Origin: Callorhinchus milii
Lineage: Eukaryota
DNA length: 64,000 bases
Direction: 5' to 3'
Assembly (NCBI RefSeq): GCF_018977255.1
Contig: NW_024704742.1
Location: forward strand, 2,978,001-3,042,000
Part shown: in pieces, positions 37,905 to 50,690 of the stretch
Numbering within the stretch: the stretch's first letter is position 1
How the letters are laid out: each line of letters starts with the position of its first letter
The notes under the pieces: generated by a model
Seen by the model: only the letters and a program-made list of their open reading frames with translations
The model's database searches: none
What the model was told of the DNA's origin: nothing
Position numbers and translations under genes: made by a program

Positions 37905-38062
37905 TCCAGGGTGCTCTTGGCAGCCTGCACCTAAACCTCTCTGGATTAAAGTAAGCAGCGTGCGTCTCTATGGAGAGAAGGCACATTCCATTACAAAAAC
38001 ATGAATTTCCGTGTGCAGACAGCAATGCGTGGGGCGCTCAGTTTGATTTGGATACTCTTGAA
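37905..38062 (-). repeat. Fragment of the old unnamed repeat
   Basis: gctcttggcagcctgcacct...gcacattccatt...tttggatactctt mirrors 41845-41990. A shorter piece lies at 34345-34420. Confidence 0.65.
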
Positions 38063-38504
38063 CATTGGAATAGATTTTGCATGTATCAAGCTAACCTAAA
38101 AAAATAGACTTGGCTTCAGGTACAATCCGCTTAAATCATTGCTGCGTAATTTTGCCCACACCGGTGGATTTCACTGCACGTTGAATAACAGACCTCAGTT
38201 GTAGTGGGAAACTCTGAATGACATCCAGGACATTTAAATCAGAGACCTGCCAGAGCTCGGGCCACCTTGCTCAATATCATCCAGGAGGTTCACAAGCTGT
38301 TCACTGCAGCAGCAACAAATGGTAGCTATGCAGCTTGTTACGTTGGGTTATTCCTGGCGTGGAGCACAGAATTCATCTCACTGACTGACTCCGAAGGAAA
38401 CCTTGGTTACAGACACCCACAGATAAGCTTCAATGTGAGTCCTGGAGCCCGACTGATGCCACCCAGCAAAACATTGTTTCATCCCATTCAAAACCCTGGG
38501 GTAC

Positions 38505-38910
38505 GGTACATCTTGGCTCAGTTGGCAGCCCTCTTGGCTCTGGATCAGAAGGACGTACACTCGAGGTTCACAACAGGGAGTTGAACTCTAGTCTAGGTCG
38601 ACCGTTTGGTGCAGCACGTAAGGAGTGCTGCTGTGCCGGAGGTGCCACTGTTCAGATGAGATGTTAAATCGAGGTCCTGTCTGCTGTTTCTTCACTGCGT
38701 GTTAAAAATCTCGCTGGGCTATTCGTAAAGAGTTCTTTTTTCCCGGCGTTCCAGTGGACAGTGCTGCAGATTGTCCAACCGTTGACTTCGTGGCTGGTTG
38801 TGGTTTCAGTGTGGAAACTAACTGTCACGTTTGCCCATCATGAACACTTACTGTAATGTGCTTTGAGAAGTTTTGACCGGAAGGGCACTAGTAAAAATAC
38901 AAATTCTTTC
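38505..38910 (+). mobile_element. Deu-domain SINE, diverged
   Basis: ggctcagttggcagc head and ggaggtgccactgttcagatgagatgttaaatcgaggtcctgtctgc. Confidence 0.75.
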
Positions 38911-39434
38911 TACGTCCGATCATATATCCCGAGTATCACATCAATAGTAGTGTCTTTGGAGCTCTGAGTATGATTCACAGTTTCATTGGAACGGATGTGT
39001 GCTCATAGCACAGAACTCATAAGGTTTCTTTGACGGGTATTTGATAAGTCCAGTTCAACAACATCAATTTGCATTGATACAGTGCCCTTCATGCAAGGTG
39101 CGTCTCCGAGAACTTAACAGCGGTGTGGTTTAAGCACTCCGGGACACTACACCATGAAGGGCGCTATATAAGTGCAAGTTGCTGCTGTTGCTGTTTGACG
39201 CTGAGCTGGAAAGAGAGGGGAGTGGTTGAAGAGGAAAGTTTTTTCAGGTGACATTTGAAGACGGGCAAAGAAGGGACAAGACAAAAGGATTGAGTCAGGG
39301 ATTTCTAGAGATTTGGGGCATAGTTCGTGACTTCCCTAAGTTTTGCAAATGGAACGCCCAGCAAAAGCAATCTGTGAAGCAGAATCGTTCATAAGCCAAA
39401 AGCACAGATACCTGAAACAGTTTAATATATGAAA

Positions 39435-39745
39435 GTAATAATAATCCTTGCATTTGATAGAGCGCCTTATCTCGTTGTTGAGACATCTCAATGTGCTTCG
39501 CATAATATACCGTAAAGTGAATCGACTGTCATGGATTGAATGACCAAATTATTAGTTATTTTTCTAAAGAAATGATTACCCCGGAAAGCCATCTGCCAGT
39601 CGACTAATGACCGGGTTCCTACTTATTGCTCGGTAAACAGAGGTGTGTTGAATAAGGAAACTTGCCTAAAGTTTCGCCTTACCCAGGAATCAAACCAATG
39701 TCCTCTTGCATGCAAGGCGAGTGCTCTAACCAATACGCCACAGGA
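39435..39745 (-). mobile_element. Long-variant SINE
   Basis: ccttgcatttgatag...ccgggttcctacttattgctcggtaaacagagg...gagtgctctaacca. Confidence 0.85.
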
Positions 39746-41039
39746 TATATCAGTCATATATTGAGCAAGGCCAGGTGAGTGGGATCAAATATACTTTTCC
39801 CTAAAAAACTAGGCAACACTATTATCAATGAAGCGAAGTAATTCGAGACGCTTCAACAACACGATGAGCGCCATATCAATTGCAATGCTTATTACAATTA
39901 TTTTCCTGAAAGTCAGCACAAACACAATGAATCAAGTGGCTTCCTTCTGCGCTGTAAGTTCTGTGCTCCTGCAGTCGACTTCTCTGCAGCATTGCGTTCC
40001 GTGGACGCCAGAGAGAGAGAAAGTAAAGATTTTCACGAGGGCAGAAATATTTTGGGACGTGGGAGGTGAAACAAATCTTTTTTTTTCAAATAACCTTTAC
40101 AAGCACAGTCAGTCTAGAGAGTCGTTGCGAAATGTAATTCTGTCACTGTGAGTTTTATTGGTCTGTAGTGTCGTTATAGGCTGCTAGATTTCTTTCGCTG
40201 CTTTACAGTCTGGTCTCCTTATGGGAACCCAGGACATTGCAGATTGCTCTTGATGCCTGCGGCCAGGAATCTTATACGTCTGCCAACAAGATTCATTGGT
40301 GTCTCATGGCCTGTGAGAGCTTTTGTTGCTGGTGCAAGAATATCGCCCTAAATCTGGATACGTCACTACGGGAAGCTTGTAAAACATGATTTACTGCTGA
40401 AAGATTTTCTACTTCTTTGATTTCTGAATGTGGAGAAAGACTTTCTTTAGTACCATGAATCATAAAAGAAAGACTTGTTTTTTCGTCATCTGTTTGAAAC
40501 TTGAAATTGCGGTAACGTTGGACTTATCCACGTGGAAAAGCAGTGAAGTTTCAGTCATTTCTTCAAACTGATAAGCATTTCTTTCTATTACTGAACCCGG
40601 GGGGACATGTTACAACACGGAGCCTCTCACCTCACCGAACACTGCAAACTTCATCCCTTGCTTTACGCTAGTGATAACTGACCTGTTAATCGGGTGTTGC
40701 GCCCTGCACTCTTCATCTTGGAAATTCATTGCCAATTATCTGTTGTTATTGAGGCAGGTCTTTGGGGGTGAGGAATTATAGTAAGGTGACCTTACTTAGT
40801 CCAATGGTAATCCATTAGATTATCCCCCGGCTCTAGTATATTTATGACAGATTAGTTTACGCTGGTGTAAATTAAAGAATGAAATTTGTGACATTATGTT
40901 GTGTTCCTCATGCTAATTAACATAGGAGAGCATTATGAAATTCGAACAAACTTTACCCCATTATTTTTTGTAAATAAAACCTTATTAGAGTGTAACGTGC
41001 TTTTGATTTATTGGGAGCTGATGGACAAACAGAGGTGAA

Positions 41040-41295
41040 GCCAGCAGGTACTGCTTTCAATGGCAAGCTATGTGGTTTCAGCTGGTTAGACCACAGCAGT
41101 GACCCCAACGCACACTCTGGGGTCCCCCAAGCCTTGGCTCCTGCTTACTCTGCGCCCTAATACACTCCAGAATCGGGTAAGCAGGATGTGTGCATATTCC
41201 ATTCCGCTGTTATTCCATTCCAATACATGGGAATTTTCATGTGTAGCTGGGATGCTTCGATACTCTTAAGCACGGTGATGGGTTTCTGCATGTGT
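41040..41295 (-). repeat. Old unnamed repeat, minus copy
   Basis: Reverse complement of 990-1265 and of 41820-42000. Confidence 0.8.
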
Positions 41296-41819
41296 CAGAC
41301 ACCCGCGGCTCAGAAATATACGTTCCAACAGAAGTCACCGCATTGTCATGAGTGGTGGAGAGCCCTGGGTTGATTTTCCCCCCCTTATGAAATCCGACGT
41401 TACCAACTTGTGTCCTAATTCAGATAACTCAACACTGATGGGAATTTGAACCTGCAACCTTCTGGTCTGTGTGACTGATCGCATCTGTATCAGTAGACCA
41501 TGGGGGGAGAGCTACAGCTTGTAAAAGTAGTGCAAAATTGACATTCAATGGACGAGTTGACAGTTTCAATCCCCAAATTAAATTTACAATTAAATGAGGC
41601 AATTTGTTCTATAATGCACCGTGCTATTGTGGCCAGGCTGAATGAACTTTTTCTTTGAAATGTTTTCAATCATGAAATTACATTTCTATTTCTGTCAGTA
41701 AAACTCAAAGCATTCAACCCTAATGAAGTGGAAACTTAGAACAAAATTTAATTTATTAAGTGGCTTCATTCTCTGTAAACGATTCGTGGAACAAATGGAT
41801 GAGTGAAATTTTTTGATCA

Positions 41820-42630
41820 GCCACTTGCAGAAACCCATCACTGTGCTTAAGAGTATCCAAACCAAACAGCGATCCAATGCATGTCACCTACACCTGGAAA
41901 TTCCCATGTATTGGAATGGAATGCGCACCGGAGAGACATAATGCTTATCTAATTCTGGAAAGTAGTATTAGGTGTAAGTTGGCAAGAGCCAAGGCTTGGT
42001 TATGGTTCTTTGATTATGTTTTGCAAAGAACAGTGGAGTCCTGTAGCTCAGTGGTTAGAGCACTCGCTTTGCGAGCGAGAGACCTGAGTTCAATTCCAGG
42101 CAGAGGGCGAAACCTTGGGCAAGTTTCCTTACTCCACACAGAGCCTAATAATAATCCCTCCAAAACCAAAAACAATAATAAATTGGTCATTTTCAATCCA
42201 CGGCTGTTTGTGGGACGCTGCTGTGCGCAATCGGCTGCCGCGTTTCGCCCACAAATATACAGTCAATTCACTTTACAGCATATCCTGTGAAGCGCTTTGA
42301 GACGTTGAGAAGACGTGAAAAGCGCTATATCAAATGAAAGGATTATTATCATTATTATTATTATAAGTTCCATCTGGCAAGCTAGCCCAGTGCTTGTTTA
42401 GCTAGGACCATCCTACACGTGAGGACTTTGTCTCAGTGGGGTGACAGGAGCTGAGTGGGAAGAATCTCTATCCTCCCAAGTCCTACTGATGAGCCAGGTT
42501 GGCTTGTCTGTGATCAGCAGTGCCCTGGAGTACTGCAGACCCATCTGGCTGTGGAACTGGACTACTGAGACAAGAGGATTGACTTGATACTGACAACTCA
42601 CATTGGAATCAGTTCCCTTCCAAAGAAAGC
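41820..42630 (+). repeat. Old unnamed repeat, plus copy split by a young SINE
   Basis: 41820-42005 matches 990-1185, and 42368-42630 matches 1260-1530. Confidence 0.8.
42035..42364 (+). mobile_element. Full-length young tRNA-Ala-derived SINE (gacgttgagaagacgtg 3' subtype)
   Basis: Head and body near-identical to 10132, with a different pre-tail segment. Confidence 0.95.
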
Positions 42631-45004
42631 CTGCTTACTTACCTGGCCCCCTCACCCCCCTCCTCCCTCCACCCCCCAAGGAGGATGGAAACTGTGTGGA
42701 CATCTGTTGAGGACAGAATCAGCTTTGGCTGCGACAATTCAAATCAATGTAGCGCAAGCACGATGGGCCTTTCTGCACTGAAATTCCTATATTACAAATG
42801 GAAGAATCCTGGCAGCTGATAATTGATAATGCAACTAATATCTTCCCTTATGTGACATCAAGGTGCAGAAAGCCAGCAATGTCACGGCTAAAGACCAACG
42901 GACTCTCATGATGTTAATCCATTCGTCACACAATGCCTGGCCCCAGTCTGGTGAGCTGGAATATCCGGCTAAGTGTAATTACAATACCGGTATCAATGTT
43001 TACCAGCATTTTGATGTGCCGGCTTTTTTGGGGCATTGATGGCATTCGGGATGGCAAATAAACTGTCTTCTGCTTGCGGGATTGAAACTGAGTCAAAGTT
43101 GATGTACTTGGCCACTGAAGACCAGCAAGGCGTGGGCATGTGATAGGAGACTGGGCCGGTGGGAGTCTACATGAACAAACAGCCCACAGAAATTGTTTTT
43201 AATCTTTCTGTTTTTGGGGTCAGGTTACAGCTATACTTAGGAATTCCGGATACCCAAAGTCCAGTAAAGTGGGGGATAGCTGTATTGCGACCAGGTTAGG
43301 GTGATAGTGGATAACCCTAACCTGTGTGCGTTGGAATAGAGCCAATAAAAAGCACAGCGATTACGATGCAATTACCTGAACATCGATTTGTCAGGGATGG
43401 TACAGAATGAGATAGAAAATGATTTGTTTTAAAGGAGAATAAAGCAGGGGCTAGAAAACACATGCACAAAGAGAAATGCGGAAAGTTAAGCTTCTTTAGT
43501 ACAGCAGGAGAGAAAAAGACAGAATTATCCCGAATAAAATGGGTCACTCACTCCACGGCTGTGTTTTTTTGGGACATCGTTACATGTGTTCACCCACAAA
43601 ACAGTTACTGAACGTCATAAGCGTATCCTGTGAAGTGCATCGACAGTTTCAAGGGCACAGCTGCTCTCTGGTATCTTGTCCACTCTTCGTGTATTTGTCT
43701 GGGGTAGTGAAGGCTGGCAAGTATTCCAGTCAGCTTGGTCCTGCTCTCACTTAAATAAACATATTTACACACCTTCCAGCACAATTCACTGGACCATGGA
43801 ACCTGCCTCAATCTACCTCAATCAGGTGCCAAAATACTAACTAATTTTTCCTCTCCTTAACCGAATTGTGGCACTGCCCCGACTGACATCAGCTAACTCT
43901 GCGCAGACTCTGAATTCATCCTGGGACCTCCAGCTCTGCCCGGCTCAGTTTCCCTTCGGACAATGCTTTATGAGAAGAATCAACAGGGATTGATTGTGCC
44001 TTGTTTCTTTTTTCCCATAATTTAAATTGCAAAAATTAAAATAACATGGATTTGGGGGTTTATCTTTCGACCCGTTTATCTTTTTACCATTTATTTTCTA
44101 TATATAAATAAACATAAATGTGGTCCCTACACTTTTACGGCGATTACTAGCAAAGCACTTTGAGATTTTAAAATCATCAAGGCCCTTGTCTCATTCAAAG
44201 GAGTGTATCTATGACTATATACAATCCTGCACTAGAGTGTCAGCCGTTCAGGTGGACACTAAAGATACCATAACACTATCGAAAGAGAAGAGAGTTTCCC
44301 TCTGTCATGGCCAATAATCCTCCCTATTCAATTGGTCATTCGCTTCATGGCTTCATTGCTGTGGGCAAATTGGCTGCCACATTTATCTACAAAAACACAA
44401 TGACTAGACACTACGGCAATTCCATGTGAAGCATTTTGAGATTCTCAAAGTTATATTGAATGCAAAGATTATTATTTTTTTATTGGTCTCCAGTTCCATG
44501 CATGACTGCATCTGACAAATGATTTTTATATTATCCAATTTGTGTCTTTGCATTTGTCTCCATCAACCTTACCGCTCCATGGCAAGCATTGTGAAGGACA
44601 GGACTATTTTCCAAGGAGCTCAAGACCTTCCTGGGGCTAAGAATTCTCTGGTGAGAAAGGATTGTCATCTCCAATTACCAAACAGTAGACATTCAGAGCT
44701 CAGTATCTTGTAGTAGCAGTCGTGGATTCTACTATTACATGCTGGGCAGAGGATCCACATGCCATTGCATTCTCCACAGGATCTGCCCAGAAGCACCTCA
44801 AACCTTTGTCAGTTCTGCACCAGCAGATAAGAAAATAAGAACATAAGAAATGCTAGATTAAAAAAACAGAACAAGGGCCATCTAGTTCGCCTTCTACCTT
44901 CCTGGCAGTCGCACGCACATATTTCCCGAACTACCTAGGTACTAAAATGATGAGGAACACACATTTGCCACCACCTTCTGAATCCATGTCCATGTCTTTC
45001 CCTT

Positions 45005-45260
45005 GATACCCAGTGACCAGAGTTTTTGAAGGAGTCTTTCCAAACTCCTTTTGGAAGTCTAGATGTACTACATCGCATGGCTTCCCTCAGTCAATTAGGC
45101 CTGTCACTTCCTTTAAAAAGTCTATGAGATTGCTCAGGCAAGACCTACCCTCTCCGAATCTATGGTGGCTGTCGCATATGAGATAATTAGCATATAGATA
45201 ATCTTCTACTTCCTTCTGATGATTGTCTCCATAATTTTTCCTGTTATTGAGATTAAGCGT
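45005..45260 (-). mobile_element. CR1 LINE RT fragment
   Basis: Minus strand translates DSHHRFGEGRSCLSNLIDFLKEVTGLID*GKPCDVVHLDFQKEF, matching QHGF..GRSCLTNL..F.EEVT...DV.YLDFQKAF. Confidence 0.9.
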
Positions 45261-46479
45261 AATGTCTCTTTAAACCTCACCCTCTCTCCTCACATAAGCA
45301 GCGACATCCTGGAGCTTTGCAGATTAGGGTGTGCATCTGCTGAAGCAGGTCATGATCAATGTTCTCTCACACCAGTAGGTGAGCTGGCAAACCGATACAG
45401 GCTGGCGTGAGGCTCATTGCATTGTACTGTTGAACGAGGCACAGATGGCGAAAGAGATGAATGTGGCATCTTCTCAGATACAAGCTGAAACAAGCACAAA
45501 AATTCCATCATAACCACCAAGGGAATTGCTGGCTGGCTGAAGTTAATTGGATCCACTCCCCAAATAATTGGATAAATCGTTGCAGTTATTTCACCAGCGA
45601 TAAGATTTTTATAACCTTAATAAACCTATACTGAAAAAACAGCCTGTGTTCCTGCGGCTCACCTCCTCTTGCTGGGAGGCAAATTAGGACCTCGTGATTA
45701 TTCAGAAGCAAAGTTGAATGGGTCAATTCGCTCCTCTGTTCGTTACGGATCACCTAATCTCACTCCCACCTCTGGCTCAGAAGGTTGTGTGTTTTAGGCC
45801 CTCATCATTGTCTGTCACTCAGGTGCAGTTCTGTAGATGAGATATTAAACTGAGGTCCTGACTGTTCATGTGGATATAAAAGACCCAAATGATATGCCCA
45901 CAAAATATAGTCAATTAACTTTACCGTATATCCTGTGACTTGTATAATCTAGGACTTTGAGGCTTCTCCAAGACGTGATAAGGCGCTTTATCAAATGCAA
46001 GAGTTATTATTATTACTGTTTCAATAAAATAATGTTTCTCCTGGTGCCCTAGCCAACAATCATCCAGTTAAATCGATTATTTACTTCATGACTGCTTGTG
46101 AGATCTTTCTGACACAAGTACACTATTGTGTTCACCTACAAAGTACACAGTGACTGCACTTGGAAATGTTTTGATCTTATAGGCGCTATATCAATTATAA
46201 TAATCTTATGGGTTCATGAAAGAGATTTATTTAGGGTTTCGGCTCAGCTGCAAACACAAAGAAATTACATGCCCCTCATATTACGCGCCAGTGCTTCCCA
46301 GCGATTCCAAGTTTGGGAGCGTTTCTGTTAATATATTCCCAATACTATTCAGAAATGTCTCTACCATCCTTGATTTGCCATTCTATTTACTCCCTGCTGG
46401 TCCACACAGACACTTTCCCATGGTCACTCACCTTTGTTGGAGGAACAAAAGAAGAAAGGAAAGATTCTTTTTAATGACG

Positions 46480-46737
46480 TTCCCGGCAGGGCGAAACCTT
46501 GAGCAAGTTTCCTTACTCCACACGCCTGATAATAATCCCTCCAAAACAGAAACAATAATAAATTGGTTATTTTCAATTCACGACTGTTTGTGGGGACGCT
46601 GCTGTGCGCAATTGGCTGCCGCGTTTCGCCCACAAATATACGGTCAATTCACTTTACAGTCTATTCTGTGAAGCGCTTTGAGACGTCGAGAAGACGTGAA
46701 AAGCGCTATATCAAATGCAAGGATTATTATTATTATT
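46480..46737 (+). mobile_element. 5'-truncated young SINE
   Basis: gggcgaaaccttgagcaagtttccttactcc...atcaaatgcaaggattattattatt. Confidence 0.9.
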
Positions 46738-47429
46738 TCATTATCACTGAAGCGATACGCTGCGCATGAAAATGCAACGAAACGTGTTATTTCATCGTTG
46801 TGTTTCTCATCACTTTATTCCTCCTGCAAGCGATCCACCTGTTACATGAACCCGGGGACACTGAGAGCGATTCTGGACGCTCCCACTGCTAACTCAACGC
46901 AGACTGGGATTCAAACCCTACAGCTTTCCCTCCCCTAACTTTTTTTCAGCAGATATCTAGGCAAGGCTTGGTCTCATAATCCCCGCTGGGGTGTGACAAC
47001 CAGCGATTCTGTAAAGTACTTTGATGTAGGTCACAAGTTTGTAACAAAAGAAATAAAACCTCAAGTCTTCCCACTGCCACCAACCCCCACCCAAGTTTGA
47101 ATGGGTTTGTGAGCTATGCCTTTCTTACTGATGTCTAATCTCGGCATCGTAATGCTTCCCTGGTGTTGACAGCTCAGGTGTTAAATTGCTAAACATTCCC
47201 TGCAATTAACGTGAGCTGGTGCTGGAGAGAGGGGACGACAAGTGGCCTTTTTTTCGGATACCTTGGTGACTGACACAACCTGTGCTCAGCCCTTTTCAAA
47301 ACGATGATCCGAATGACATCCAGATACGGATGAGTAGCTGGAAGTGGCCTTGTAGCTCCTTGTGGCGATGTAAATGCGCTCCCGTAACACTCGTTTAATT
47401 AACGTACGATCATGCTGAATAACTCCACA

Positions 47430-47920
47430 GCAAGGGAGTGGAGGGGGGGGGGGGGTGGGGGGGTGGGAGGGGGGGGGGAATCCTCTTAAACCACCGACGC
47501 TTTCAAAATACAATCCGTGTGAAAAATTTCGACTTTGTTGCCAAGTAACCAGATTTAACGAGCCTGCCAAAGCTACCCCCATGACGTCTTAAGAGGCAAC
47601 ACTGAAAAGAGAGCAGTGGTAACAACTCCTCACCACTTCAAGCCCATCCATCGGCGGTAGCGGCAGGCTCCCAGGCAAACGCTGAATTTATCCCACTCGT
47701 AGACTAGGGTACGGGCAGCGACGCTGGGATCCCGACAGCCTCTTTGTGCATTTTTCACCATGACACTAGAGTGCGAAAATTCTCGTGCCTTTATCAATGG
47801 CCGGATGTCCAATCGGCCCGATTTGTAATCAGTCAGAAATAATCAGAGCTCTTGCAACTTCAAAAAATAACAGGATAATGCTTGCGGCGCACTAAGATGC
47901 TGCCGGTGACGTCAAAATAT
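47430..47920. promoter_or_regulatory. CpG-enriched promoter/enhancer-like segment
   Basis: G-run tract 47433-47478, X-box GTTGCCAAGTAAC 47537-47549, TGACGTC 47582, CCAAT 47809 and full CRE TGACGTCA 47907-47914. CpG density is visibly raised. Confidence 0.4.
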
Positions 47921-50057
47921 GCCTCAAGGTGTTTCACAGAGAATTGCCGTCGAGTGCAGTGACTGCAGTTAATTTGCGTACAGTCTCTGTCGACCGTCTC
48001 CCGTGAACCTCAGTGGCGCTGTTCGAAAAGAGAAGGGAGTTTCTTTCAGGGTCCTGACCAACAATCCCACAAATGCATTCCCCCCTTTCTGGGACATCAT
48101 CACTGTGCATACATTGACTGCTGTGTCTGCCCACAAAATCCAGTCACTGCACTTCTCTGTATATCCTGTAAAGTGCTGAGATGTCCTCCCGCTGTATCGA
48201 GCGTAGGGATAATTTTTAGTGCGTCCCATTTAGGTTGGACACTGTCGCCTTCTGCTTTTCAATGGCCCTGGTGAGAAAGGAGATAATCCCAAAGTCCTGG
48301 GTTTGTTTGGTCACGATTTGCAATGAGCATTTCTATTAATAATACATATTTCACATGGTAAGGGGTGCGTTTTCTTTGCAAATCGTAGCACCGTAGGAAA
48401 TAAATTCAATGACAAGCATGTACTTTGGGACAGGACAGTAAATTTACCCGAGAGAACAAACTCGAAGTGTCACAGCCTGTAAATTATTGGCACGCCAAAG
48501 CTGCTGACGGAGTGTGTGTGCCAATCTCGATTTACCCAATGCTTGTAGCTCACACAAAGATTTATATGATAAAATCAATGCTGACATGCACACAACAAGC
48601 TGCCTAATGTGACCCATTGTAATGTTTAAAACCCCTGGTGGACAGGCTGTGATAAACAGACTGATGGAAGCCGTGTAGAAAGCTGACAAATCAGTGTTGT
48701 CATTGTGCCCGGCACCTGAAGCTGACGTGCATATACCATCCTATCTCGGCCTCCTGGGGAGCCAAGAAAAATAACAACGTTTATAAATATTAATATAATA
48801 CAAGGCCTGACAAATAACGAGCCAACCTGAAAATCTTTGGACGGGGGAGTCAGTGCAGGAGAACGCTGCCAACAAAACACTTAAAGGAACTTTTGAAGTG
48901 ATATTTAACGGCTATCTCAGATCCTCAAGAGCTCATGACATTAAAAGGATGGACGATTCACTTAAAGGAAACCTTATTGATGAAATGCCTGTCCGGTCAT
49001 AGCTGGTAAATGGCTCTTTAGCAGATTATTGCAGACAAGATTAATAAATCAACTATTTGGTCCCGTGGGCATTCTGCCACAAGGCTGTTGCTGTCACTAG
49101 TTGTCTTTCAACCCTGCTCATGGGGCAGTAGGTCAGAGAGCCCAATGTGACTTCATAGACTTTGTGTCACAGCAGAGCTTGCATAGTTACCGGCTGTCTT
49201 TGAAAATTGCGGTTCCAACAGGGGGATAAGAAAGCCCAATGCAAAGTACATCTCACAAGGTTCCTATACAGGTGGACAGTTGTGACAATGGAATAAAAAA
49301 AAAGCCCAATATAACCGTTACCACCTTCATTCATGCCACAAGTTCGCTAAAGTCACAAACGTTCATGTGACTTTGAATAGTTCTGTAACACTAGAGTCAC
49401 AACGCTTGACAGTTTTCCAATTTTTATGTAAAATAGTTATCTTTTCCTTAATAATTCTGAACACTGCATAAAGCGGGATACATTCCAAGACTTGAATACT
49501 GGTTTCTGTCGATGGAGGTTGAACTTCTGGCTTCTTAATTCTACAGGAAAAGGCTTGCCATCCGATGGCCAATCTTCCTCTTAACTGTATCTTCCAACTC
49601 TCTTTCTCCCTTTCCCTCTCCATCAAAAGTAATACTAATTTGGTCACTCAATCCACGACCGTTTGTGGGATGCTGCTGTGTATATTTCGCCCACAAAATA
49701 TATAGGTACTACCTTTTACATTATATTCGGTGAAGGACTTTGAGACGTCTCGAAGACGTGATAAGGCGCTATATCAAATGCAAAGTTTATTATTATCGCA
49801 GTGGTTCTTGTTATTCTCTTCTTTATCAATGCTCTCCTCTCCTCTTTGCATCTGCACAGCATGGAATCTAAACTAATTGCATCAACGTTCGCTTTATCTT
49901 ATTCTTTAGAACCTCAAGTGTGTGCAACTCCTTTCCTTCCTTATTTCCCTCCTTGAACAAGCTACAACAACTTGGATTTATGCAGCACCTTCCAAGCGGG
50001 GTAGAGTCTTAGAGCACTTTGGAAGCTTTAAAAAATGTGCAATGCTTCTTATCCTAA

Positions 50058-50190
50058 AATCATAGAATTATACAGCACAGAAGGAGGCCATTCGGTCCAT
50101 CGTGACTGTGGCGGCTCTTTTGAAACATCTATCCAAATCAATCCCACTCCCCCGCTCTCTCCCCATAGCCCTGCAAACTTGTCCTCGCCT
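50058..50190 (-). mobile_element. CR1 3'UTR fragment
   Basis: catagaattatacagcacagaaggaggccattcggtcc is the reverse complement of the CR1 end at 37560-37630. Confidence 0.8.
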
Positions 50191-50440
50191 TCTTAATTTA
50201 TTTTTTTCTTCTCTACCGCTCATATTTCAATGTTGGTGTACACCATGAACCTTTCACCTCAGTTTCTCAATTGAAATAAAAGCTTTGCAAACCAGAGGAA
50301 CATGCACATACATTTTGCATTCCCGGCTCTCTGTCATTTGCAGAATACTAACCAAAATACCGGATGCTTAATAGTATCCATGAAACAACCTATTGAGACA
50401 CAGACATTTATATCAGAGAAGAAGGCCATTTATATAATAC

Positions 50441-50690
50441 AATAGTAATCTTTGCATTTGATATAACACCTTATCACGTCTTCTCGACGTCTCAAAGCGC
50501 TTCACAGAATATACTGTAAAGTTAATTGACTGTATTTTGGGGGTGAAATGCAGCAGCCAATTGTGCACAGCAGCGTCTCCACAAACAGTTGTGGATTGAG
50601 TGACCTCATTATTACCCCCGGAAAAGCAATCTAACAACCAGTTTCCTACCTACTACTCGGTAAACGGAAGCGTGTGGATTAAGGGAACAT
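50441..50690 (-). mobile_element. Long-variant SINE fragment
   Basis: ttgcatttgatataacacc...cagccaattgtgcacagcagcg...ttcctacctactactcggtaaac. Confidence 0.8.
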
